64,000 nucleotides of DNA from Octopus vulgaris (GCA_951406725.2 OX597827.1:49414001-49478000); one strand, 5' to 3'. Counted from the stretch's first letter, positions 27,843 through 38,993 are shown. Program-made: numbers and translations. Notes: generated by a model not told the origin, from the sequence alone.

Positions 27843-27880
27843 TCTTTCTGTCGAAGAGCGTAGGCTCGAAACGTAAAAGA
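27843..27880 (+). ncRNA. Minimal type I hammerhead-ribozyme-like motif in a TA-flanked repeat
   Basis: TCTTT-CTGTCGA-A-GAGC(GTAG)GCTC-GAAAC-GTA-AAAGA: 5-bp stem I, 4-bp stem II, palindromic ACGT stem III; core differs from CUGANGA at A6. Confidence 0.55.
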
Positions 27881-28459
27881 CTTGTTCTATTTCTATTCCT
27901 GAGCGCCATACTAATACAGTTGTTTGTTTGTACACCACCTGCCTTCGTCTTTTGTTAATTTTCGTAAACCTTCCCGTTATATATATATATATATATACTC
28001 AAATACAAATACATAGGTATGCAAAAAAATCTACATGCAGAAAATGGTATATCTTACATATATTCATATGACTGTGCATACAACACCCATATACACCTGC
28101 ATATAAGTATATGTATATAGACACACACATAATGGGTGTACATACTCACAGGCATGCATGTACAGATACACCTATGTCAGCACATATACAGTACATATAC
28201 ACGCATGCGCATATATGCAAAAAACACGGGAGTAAATAAGAAAATAGACAGGTACAAGTTCATATGTCCAAGCGTATGAGGAAAACAGTATAGACACACA
28301 TAGTTTGCAAAATGGCCCTGTGTATAGGAGATCCTTCAGTTATCGTAAAGGAAATATTAAAATAAAGTATATAAAAGGAATTTATGTTATAGTAAGACAG
28401 TAGGGATAGGATAAGGTTCTATATTGAGTAATATTGGAGAATATGTAATTTTTAAAAAA

Positions 28460-28616
28460 GCATGCAGGAGCACCGCCTTTAGTCCAACGAATCGACCCCA
28501 GGACTTCTTTGGAAGCCTAGTACTTATTCTATCGGTCCTCTTTTTGCCGAACCGCTCAGTTACGGGGAAGTAGACACGCCAACATCGGTTATCAAGTGAT
28601 GGTGGGGGGCACAAAC

Positions 28617-28712
<96 letters not shown>

Positions 28713-28925
28713 TATGTATGTATGTGTGTGTGTTTGTCCCCCCCCCCACGCACACACACACAACATCGCTTGACATTAGATGCTGGTGTGTTTACGTTCC
28801 CGCAACCTAGCTGTTCAGCAAAATGTGACCGGTAGAATAAAGTACTAGGCTTGGGGTCGATTTGCTCGACTAAAAAGAAAGGTGATGCTCCAGCATGGCC
28901 ACAGTCAAATGACTGAAACAAGTAA
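28460..28925. repeat. Two SINE A 3' halves in inverted orientation around a (TA)n(GA)n run
   Basis: 28460-28598 is the reverse complement of most of 28730-28925. Confidence 0.8.
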
Positions 28926-28989
28926 AAAAAATTAAAAGAATTGTTATTAATAGGCACGGGAGTGGCTGTGTGGTAAGTAGCTTGCTAAC

Positions 28990-30468
28990 GAGCATGCGTC
29001 GAGTTGTTTACTGTGTCAAGTTTTGACTAGGCGGACAGAATCCTTTGAGCTGCTCGCCAGCGGTTTGTTGCCGAGTGGAAAATAATGTATTCGGACCTTA
29101 GCGAGTACGAGCTGTCCACATCTGAGGAGGAGCTCGTTAAGGCCGTGAACAGGATGGACCAACATTTGGAGAAAATGAAGAGTTTTGCTGACGCGGCGGG
29201 AGTGAAGAGAAAGGAAGTGGACCTGACTGAACTGAAGGAGCTGTATAAGATGACACAGAAGGTGGGAAGTGACGTAAAGTTACTACCCCCGAAAACGGTC
29301 ATGGTGAATATGGAAAGGAAAACCATCACCTACAAGGTGCACTCAGTGGAGAGTAGGAGAGTGGAGCAGATGAATATGGAAAAAATAGAAAAAGCTCTCA
29401 AGGGGCTTTCGAACGAAGTAACATACATAGCAAACGGAAGCGGATATGGGACGGTGGTTGTCCAGTTTAAAACAGAGGAGGAGGCGAGGAGGCTGGCAAG
29501 TGCAACCGTAAAAGCTGAGGAACTGGTGCTTCTACCCTCTTATCTTGGAAGAAAAAATTCTAAGGTGAGGGTAGAAAGAATTCCACCTGACATAAAGGTG
29601 GCTTGGGTTGCGGCAGCCGTCCTCGTTGGAAGTGAGGAGGTGACTGTCCTCCAAGCCACAGAGACAGAGGAAAGAAGTTACAAAGGAAAATTACTGGAAA
29701 TGACCATACAAGCGGAGGCGAAGGAGCTGGAAAATTTGGCGGAAACGGTGTCAGTGGGAGAAATGGTACTGAGAGTATGGGTAGAAGGCAGAACCCCGCG
29801 GTGCTTTAAATGTGGCCAAAAAGGCCACATTAGAGCACACTGCCCCCTACAGAAGAAAAAGAGGAAAAAATAGATGAACCAGTTGCGGAGACAAAGAAGA
29901 AAAAAGAGGACGAAGACAAAGACGGACGAAAGGAGGTTGAATGGATAGTAGCAGAGAGCAGAAGTAAGAAGAGGAAGAAAAGAAAGAACACTGAGTGTGA
30001 AATGGTACCCCAGTCCAACTCCATCCCACCCAAGACCACTCAGACCCACCCGCCCCATACAGACACCAGACCCACCCACTCCCTTTCCCCACAAGAAAAA
30101 AAGAAAAAGAAAAAAGAGCAGACACCACAGAATTCAGAAGACCCCTCCCCCGGTGAAAAAGGTTGCGAAAGAAAGTTGTCTTTAAGTGATAGCGAGAATG
30201 GAAAAAAGAAGGACTAGACCAGAGATTAGAGAAGAATTCAGACTCAAAGGCAGCGAGTGGTGTTGCTCAGAGTGGGGTGAGTAGCACACTCGTCATATTT
30301 CATACTTCATTTTCAGATATCATGCATGTTATCATAAACTTAATTTATTTTCTCACGTTCATTTTCATGTCACTCACAGTATCATTTTATTTTTAATTGT
30401 TATATGTCTCCACATGTTTTTGTAGTGTCCCCTCTATGTAATGCCTTTATGGCAAAATAGTTGAAATA
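28990..30468 (+). mobile_element. Complete ORF1-only non-autonomous retroelement (Tx1/L1-type gag knuckle) inserted into a SINE
   Basis: Exact 15-bp TSD AAGTAGCTTGCTAAC at 28975-28989 and 30469-30483, splitting a SINE head. About 95-bp leader, ORF1, U-rich 3' UTR, terminal stem-loop and AATAAA; no RT sequence. Confidence 0.9.
29085..30217 (+). CDS. ORF1/gag-like protein with CCHC zinc knuckle; one frameshift near 29845
   Basis: ORF 29085-29873 contains a possible RRM-like segment (GYGTVVVQFKTEEEARRL) and VEGRTPRCFKCGQKGHIRAHCP. An acidic/basic then Pro-rich tail continues in another frame to TAG at 30217, colinear with the 36-kb homologue, implying a 1-bp loss in the CCCCC run. Confidence 0.8.
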
Positions 30469-30638
30469 AAGTAGCTTGCTAACCAACCACATGGTTCCGG
30501 GTTCAGTCCCACTGCGTGGCATCTTGGGCAAGTGTCTTCTGCTATAGCCTCGGGCCGACCAAAGCCTTGTGAGTGGATTTGGTAGACGGAAACTGAAAGA
30601 AGCCTCGTCGTATATATGTATATATATATATGTATATA

Positions 30639-30694
<56 letters not shown>

Positions 30695-32799
30695 CTGTGT
30701 TTGTCCCCCTAGCATTGCTTGACAACTGATGCTAGTGTGTTTACGTCCCCGTCACTTAGCGGTTCGGCAAAAGAGACCGATAGAATAAGTACTGGACTTA
30801 CAAAAAGAATAAGTCCCGGGGTCGATTTGCTCGACTAAAGGCGGTGCTCCAGCATGGCCGCAGTCAAATGACTGAAACAAGTAAAAGAGAAAAAGAGAAA
30901 GAAAGAGAAAGAGAATAGTATTGATACCTATTTAACTTTAAATTATTCAAAATCACGATATGTTCGTTTTGAATGTCGTGGGGGCATTCAACGTGCCACG
31001 CGCTGTTACTGAACTCGGTACTATGTGACCGGGAAGCAATTTTATTTTTTAAGCCACATAGCCATACCTATTCATATACACATTTAAAAACTTTAGGATT
31101 TCAGAAATTAGAAAACTTACAATACATTAAAAACTGAGGTCGTATCGTGCACCAGAGAGGTCGAACTTCGTCACTTAGAAGTTGCTATGTCCGTCTTCCG
31201 AAATAATATTAAGTTTCAGTGCTATTTTTCCAAAAATAGCTTTTAATCATTCCAACCAAATTTTAATGTATGAACTGCAAATGTGAAGATAAAATCTTCA
31301 ACGGCCAGAAATTAATCAATATGTTTTAGTCAGTAAAATTATGTAGCAGCATATTTTATAAACATAAAAAGAAATTGCTGTGGCTTTTAAACGTTAAAAA
31401 AAAATCGGTTCTTAGCTACCCGATAAGTCAATGTAAAAAGCTAAGAATGTCGTGACATTCAGAATATTAAAAGTGTAATATATCAGAATATAATAAACTC
31501 CAATAAGACATGGTATAAAGAGCAATATTGACATTTCGCTACGTGTTGTATGTAAAATTCTATCCAATGTCTTTTTTCCATATCTTTCCAGTTACGTTCA
31601 AATGCGTAGGAACGTTTTCTTCCTGAAAGAAACTATTAGCTCAACCAAATTAACCTAACTCGGCCAAAAGATAATTAGAGATGAGACAACAGAATTATTT
31701 TAGAACCATTCCTGCAAATTCAGCATGGTTAACACATCAAAATGTAAGATAATACGAAAATTATATTTTTAAAAGGAAACATTTTCACCAAGTAGTCTAA
31801 AAACCAACCAGGGTTACAATACAATGTGAAAGGATTATGAAGTTTAAGAGGAATCATTTTCATTTATAGAATCAAAGAAAAGGGGGTGAAATAAGTGGAG
31901 AAATGAATTCAGTTTCATTGGATGACACACACAGCTTATTCACTTGCTTTGACGCTGGAATGGAGAGGATTCCAACTATTTCGTTTCCTCTAGAAATTCC
32001 CCGACCTCCGAAATTAAAACTCCAGCACTGAGTGTTGTTGACGTTTTCAGCATCCTTTCTTTCGTCTTTGTAGGGAATTCTGTCGGGAATCATAACCAGT
32101 TTCATCGGTAAACTTTAGTATGGGTTACTTATTTTTGATCTTGTTTTAAACAACGTTTTTCAGGTCGATTGTTATACCCTATTTTCTAAATCTGAGAGTG
32201 AGCCATTGAAAGCATGAGGGTGGAAGCATTGTCATCCAGCGTCCCATTTTCTCCAATTCGCCACTGGATCTTTCCACCATCCACATTGGGAACCATTGAT
32301 CCATTCACCACCGTATGCGTCACAATCTATTCCATTCACAGACGGGTTACAGCAACACTCAGCGCATTAGTGATTACTTTAATCTCAATGATTCCCAAAG
32401 TAGGAGACGGGAAGATCCAGGGAGCCGCTGGAGCAAAAGTGAGACGAAAGTCGCGTGACCAAAAGGGAGCGCTGGATGGCCATGCCCACCACACACGCAT
32501 CCACTTTTTAATGTTGCACTCTTCAGATTTAGAAAATAGGAGACGTTTTTATGAACAAACATTGAAGCGTCGAACGATTGGTATTTTAGAAATGAAAGAA
32601 CTCTCGAACTCAGGAGAAGCGCTGTAGAAATAGCCTAAAGGATCGAACAAAATACCCTTATAGGCTGAAAACACGTGGCCAGAAAGCTGCTACAGAGAAC
32701 TGAACTCTGGGACTCACGTTTCGGCTGAGCTAAACAACTCCCGACATTTCTGAAACACCAACCACTCGACATTTCAAGGTTTATAAAAATGTTCTCATA

Positions 32800-33760
32800 T
32801 TCGAAACGTTTTATCCGGTATATGACACCATCTGCAAACCGCTATATGACCATTCTTTTATATGACTTATTGTGCCATCTTTAATACGGCGTATTTCACT
32901 TCATGTAATCCCGAGATGTGCAACATATAGCACCACTTTCAATCCGGCTTATTGAACCACATTTCGTATTAAAGTTCCGTCATTTGCCGAATTAAAGGTG
33001 GTGCCATATGCCGATGTATTCCGGATTTAAGATGGTATAAATATGCCGAATTACAGGTGGTTCAGTATTTTGGATTAAATGGGCGAATTACGCCAGATCC
33101 AGATTAGGAGTGGTAAAATATGTCGGATTACAGGTGGTACAATATACTGCATTGCATGAAATAACATTTACCGGATTTAATTAACGGCGGAAAATTCCGG
33201 ATTAAATATCAGAATATAATAAACTCCAATAAGACATGGTATAAAGAGCAATATTGACATTTCGCTAAATGTTGCATGTAAAATTCTATCCAATATCTTT
33301 TTTCCATAGCTTTCGTTATGTTCAAATGCGCAGGAATATTTTCTTCCTGAACGAAACTTAACTCAACCAAATAATAATTAGAGATGGTACAACAGAATTA
33401 TATTAGAACCATTCCTGCAAATTAAGCATGGTTAACATATCAAAATTTAAGATAATAGGAAAATTATATTGGTAAGAAGAAACATTTTCACCATGTAGTC
33501 TAAAAACCAACCAGAGTACAGGATTAAAAGTCGTTACATATACCGGAATAATGCCGTGGCCATATCCCGCATTAAATAGTCAATACGCCAGATTACGAGC
33601 GGGGAAATATACCTGGTAGAAGGTGGTCATATAGCGGATTAAAGGTTGTACTATATGCCAGATTACTTGTAGAAAAATATACCAGATTGAAGTGGGTTCT
33701 ATATGCTCAATAAAATAAGGAATCATGCCGGAAATGAATGTACCATATGCAGGGCTAAAG
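32800..33760. repeat. Degenerate 20-25-bp repeat array (CCGGATTAAAGGTGGT-like) with an orientation switch near 32970
   Basis: ATCCGG-type units on the left, CCGGATT-type units on the right; interrupted by 33206-33514. Confidence 0.6.
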
Positions 33761-35120
33761 ATAGTACAGTACACCCCTCAGTCGGTTTTAGTTTGCCGTG
33801 GTGTTTGTGTACTTGCACATTGAGATTAGTAGAGAATGAAAATGTTTTTCTAGGGGAGCGCGTGAAAATGATTAACACAGAATTTTTATTTACTGCACTT
33901 GGTATTTCCTGCGTCGGTATTTTGATGTAAAATAACAACGACAATTATACGCAGGGGAAGAGATGTGATGTATATAAATTCTAACAAAGAAATTGATGTT
34001 TATGGAAGTAGCCAAAAACATTTTTAAATTAAGAAACTACTTGTAACCACCAGCCAGTTTAGCATCGATAATGGTATCTATTTCATATACATCAAGAGTT
34101 TAAGAGTAAAGGTTCTCCAGTTTATGCGGAAAACAGCCATTCAATTCTGCTAAAAGCCCAACTACAAATTAGATATTTGTAGGAAATCTTATTAACTAAT
34201 TTTGCTCTGATTAACAGATTATACAAATGTCGACAATGGACAATAACGAAAAAAAAAAAGCAATATCTGCAAACGATATTTAAAGAAATATTACTTTTTT
34301 TTTCCTTCGGCAAAATAGAAATTTTATGATTATTCCAAAAGGATAATTCAGCCGCCTTTTTTCTTGGGGTCGAGAGACGGTATAGGTTTTAAAAGATCTG
34401 AAAATGACAGGCTTACAAAAGGAGAATAGTTTTTTTGTTTCCATATTATTTTGTTCTGTTACGTTCCATTAGTTTCATTTTTTTATCAGATATATTACTG
34501 TTCTTCATTCGAACGGGTCGTGGCAGGAGAACAGAATAGACGGACGGCCAGTCCGATTGGTTTCGATTTCAAGTAGCTAGCGATTGAAGAGCCACAAGAA
34601 AATAAAAATTATATCAAAATTTTAGTAATAAAAACACGAGGAAACTGACGTGAAGGAAACCAATTGATTAAAAGCAAGACAGAAAATGTCATTAAAAAGC
34701 ATAAAATAATAAATTTCAAGTTGTAAAAAAACAAAAAGAAAAATTCTGCATTCATTACTGTTGAAAATGTTTACAATAAATTTCAAAAGAAATATTTCCC
34801 AGTAAAAAGATTATGATATTTAAATATGTGATTGAGTGGGTGACATTCTTCTCAGACAATAGAGTTTAAAATAAAACAAAATGCGTTAACTACCCTTCAG
34901 ACATCTCTTCCGTCGACTGTGAAAGGCTAACATCTGCAAACAGACACTTTTTATTTTTTTAATGTTAACATTCCGACTAAGTTCCGTTGACTTAGCAGCA
35001 GCAACAAATCTCAATGCGTCACACGTTCAGATTTCTTTATTTTAGCACACGTATACATATAAAATGCAGAAAGCTTAGGATGAGTTCAAATTGTTTGTAT
35101 GCTGTGTGTGTGAATGAGAG

Positions 35121-35838
35121 TATTTCTTTATTACCCACTAGGGGCGACATAGAGGGGACACTACAAGACATTGGGGACATAGAACATTATAAAAATAAAA
35201 GTATGTAAGATGAAATTTTGAAAATGATAATATGAAAGTGATGCTAACGGTCCCATTCCGCTAGCACCACTTACCTGTCCTTCATAACCTATCATCCACT
35301 GTCATCTCCAATCAGAAGCCCTATATTCACTATCATTCTCTCAGTTCTCTCTTCATACTCCTTCACTACCACATCCATAAATCTCACCTTAGTCACCTTC
35401 ACACCCTCATTTAAAAACAACTCTCCATAATTGCATCCATCAGTCCCTTTGGCACTACTGCATAACTCCCATCTACTCTCTCATACCATGAATAATTATT
35501 TATAATGTCTTTCAAATTTTCAGTGTCCTCCTTTTTCACGAAACATAGAATATGGGGCTTGGGATCTTGTTTACTCTCTTGTGTGTCTGTGTTATTTTTT
35601 TGTTTTCTTGTAGGCGGGGAGTGGGTGGAATAACTGTTTGCAGGGGGAGGATGGGACTCAGAGGGTGCGGGTGGGTTGGGGTTCAATATAGTTCAATTTT
35701 CTTCTTTTTCTTTTCTTTCTTGCATCTTCCCATTTGGTCTGGGCTTCCTCCTCCTCAGTCTCTTCCTCAACTTGTTTCTGCTCCACCTCCTCCTTTTCCT
35801 GGTTCACAGTTTCCTTTTGTGGGGGAGGGCAGTAAGCG
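35121..35838 (-). mobile_element. 5'-truncated copy B of the ORF1-only family, directly downstream of copy A
   Basis: Starts at AYCPPPQKE, has YSWY..YAV domain with frameshifts; tail tgtcccctctatgtcgcccctagtgggtaataaagaaata. A+B together are flanked by a 16/17 TSD (35104-35120 and 36633-36649). Confidence 0.85.
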
Positions 35839-35839
35839 A

Positions 35840-36632
35840 TTTCTTTATTACCCACTAAGGGGCTACGAAGAATGGCGGACATAACAAAACATGGGGACAT
35901 AGAACATTATAATTAAACTTTATGAAAATGAATTGTTAAACGAAAAAAAATGATAAAATGAAAGCGATACCAACGGCCCCGTCCGTCAGCATCACTTACC
36001 TGTCCTTTGTTTTTCATAGTCACTTGAATGTTCTTTGCCAATACGAATAAATTCCATATCCATTCTTACTCCGAAATACTCATTCATATTTTCCACGAAT
36101 TCATCGCTCATTCTTATATCTTTCACCTCCCAATTCTCCCTTTCACACCTCTCCATAAACTCACCTATGTTCTTCTTTTCAATCACAGCATACCTAGTCT
36201 CTCCAACATCATACCATTTATACTCTTCCATTAGACTTTTAACTTCCCTCTGTTCAGTCATAGTACAAATGTACGGCCTGGGTTCGATTTCAATCTCTTG
36301 TGTGAGTGTATTCTTTTTTTTCTTTTTGTTTTCTTGTTGGGGGGGAGCGGGTGGGTTCAATGTCTGCATGGATAGGGTGGGACTCAGAGGGTGTGGGTGG
36401 TTTTGGGGTAGATTGGAGTTCCATATTATTTTCTTTTCCACGTATTCTTCTCTTCCTCTTACTTCCAGCTTCCTTCCATTTCTGTGTATTCTCTTCCTCT
36501 GTTTCCTTCTCCTCTGGTTTCTGCTTCTCTCTCTCTGGTTCGGAATCCATTTCTTTCCCTGGGGGAGGGCAGTAAGCTCTTATGTGGCCCCTCAGGCCAC
36601 ACTTATAGCATCTTGGTGCTCTGCCCTCCACC
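35840..36632 (-). mobile_element. 5'-truncated copy A of the ORF1-only family
   Basis: Encodes VEGRAPRCYKCGLRGHIRAYCPPP, a charged/Pro-rich linker and a YKWY..YAV domain; ends ...gccccttagtgggtaataaagaaa. Confidence 0.85.
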
Positions 36633-37639
36633 GTGCGTGTGAATGAGAGAGTAATTTCTATAATCAGTGTTTCTTTGCACGTGCTTGGCTGCAAATTTTG
36701 AAACCACAACAATTAAATGGATGAAATAATTGGACCATTCTATTTCATCAAAAAATGTTTTTAATCATAAAACACTCTGAATGAGGTAAGAGAGTTGGTT
36801 GCAGTTTCATTCCCAGATAGGTGAGCATTTAATCAGTCTTATTATTTTAATATCTTAACGCGGCGAGCTGGCAGGACCGTTAGCATGCCGAGCGAAATGC
36901 TTAGAAGTATTTCGTCTGCCACTACGTTCTGAGTTCAAATTCCGCCGAGTGCCCTTAATGCTCAAATTCGTTTCATGTGTTTATCGACCCCTTCGAGTCA
37001 ATAATAACCACTTTACCAGCCCTTGTCCCTGACAGACTGTCTAAATTAAAAGAAGAAACCACAGGATGCTCATGCCTTTAACGGCTTTGATCTGCATGAT
37101 GCGGGAGTGAGAAACAACTACAGCTACAATAGTATCGAACCCAAGAAGAGCACCTCTGGGAAGTTGTTCATGTAGTTAAACATAACCGAATTTCCTTAAA
37201 GTAAACGACCTTTCGGCTTCAAACAAAAGAAAAACACGTTGGAAAAATCTACATAAAAGAAACGAAAAAATACGAAGCGTTCAGATCGGTTACGTCTTTC
37301 ATCATAATTCATCATAACAATACTAAGGACTAAACAACAACAGCTAAACTTTAAGCTTAGGGCATCTATCGGTTAAAGTCGGGCAAGGTTAACAATGAAT
37401 CTGCACCAATATGCGTGGTTTAGCGGTTAGGGTATTTAGCCCAAGATATTAAGGTAGTGCTGTCCTTGAGCAAGACACTTCATTTCACATTACTCCAGTC
37501 CACTCAGCTGGCAAAAATGAGTTGTATCTATAATTGAAAGGGGCCAGCCCTGTCGCCTTCTGTGCCACGCTGAATCTCCCTCAGAGCTACATTAAGGGCA
37601 TGCGTGTCTGTGGTGTGCTCAGCCACTTGCAAGTTAGTT

Positions 37640-38662
37640 GGATCTTTTCTGTTTGATAGACGGAATTTTCTACTTAACTAAACAATTTGAAACTTCGTAT
37701 ACTGGTAGAATGTGTCAAAAGAAAACATTATTGTAAACAAAATTGAAAACAAAATTGTAATTCGTAACTTAAACGTAGTTTAATTTTTACGAATTTTAAC
37801 CAATGAAATCCCAACATCTTCGAATTTTAACCAATGAAATCCCAGCATTGCTGCGTTATCGATATTGATAAAGAAATATAGGAGACGCACGACACACACA
37901 CACACACACACACTCTCTCTCTCTCTCTCTCTCTCTCTCAAACACATGCATATACATTTGCATAAGCACATAGTAATTAATATATAAGCGTACACACACA
38001 TACAAACGGACATATACATACACATACGCACACAAGCAAAAATACCCGTTCGTGTTTTGCCACTTGCCGCAACAAATTTGCACAAAAGGTAAATAAACCA
38101 GAAGGGGGGGGTCAATGTTTCATCGTTTCGGGGTCGATAAATTAAGTACCAATTACGCACTGGTGTCGAGGATTTTTTCCCCAATTTATATCACAGCTTC
38201 CGACAAGCTGGGGGCATCCTTTTATGAAAAAATATTTCGCAAATTTTTACAATACTACTCACACTCCACGCGCAAACTCGAGACCGATTTAGGCATATCA
38301 TTGTTTTGTTTTTGTTGTTTCTGACCCTTCAAAACCATGGGAGAAGCCTTTTCGGTAAACGAAATTCATCGATTTAAGAGATATAGCTGTTATTTCTAGC
38401 ACATGTAGAAGACAGAAGAAGAGACAAGGATGAATAAGACGTGTGCGTGTGAGTTTTTAGATGCAGTAAATAATTTGAGCTCGAATGCTGCGATTTCATT
38501 GGTTAAAATTCGTAAAAATTAAACTACGTTTAAGTTACGAATTACAATTTTGTTTTCAATTTTGTTTACAATAATGTTTTCTTTTAACACATTCTACCAG
38601 TATACGAAGTTTCAAATTGTTTAGTTAACTAGAAAATTCCGTCTATCAAACAGAAAAGATCC
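37640..38662. mobile_element. Non-autonomous long-TIR DNA transposon, Merlin-like
   Basis: About 170-bp near-perfect TIRs starting GGATCTTTTC; exact 8-bp TSD AGTTAGTT (37632-37639, 38663-38670); splits a SINE. Confidence 0.88.
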
Positions 38663-38950
38663 AGTTAGTTTCTCGAGCAGCCTGTTTCTTTCATCGGATC
38701 AACTGGAACCCTCGTCTTTGTAACCGACGGAACTACTATTATTATGCGCAGACCCATGAAAGTCTTTTTTTCTTTCTTCAGTTTTCTCTGCAGCAGACAA
38801 GTTCCTTTCCCCTTGCCCCACCAGCAGTATCGCCAAAAGGAGAGGTTGCTTCACCTTGGTATCAGAGTTGCCTCGCCAGACGTTGTCTTCTGAACGCAAA
38901 GAACCGGAACAAATGCTACAAAACTGCCAATCCATCGACTTAGATAAACA

Positions 38951-38993
<43 letters not shown>

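Larger units (their letters stand above)
28954..30913 (+). mobile_element. SINE family A split by the ORF1-only element
   Basis: Head 28954-28989 resumes at 30469 and runs to an A/G tail; flanked by AATAG repeats. Confidence 0.88.

Noticed and set aside
29085-29873. Host zinc-knuckle gene or LTR-element gag
   Set aside because: Intronless, inside a 15-bp TSD within a SINE, with no LTRs, PBS or pol.
32214-32627. 137-aa ORF
   Set aside because: Lies across a degenerate palindrome; no recognisable motif.
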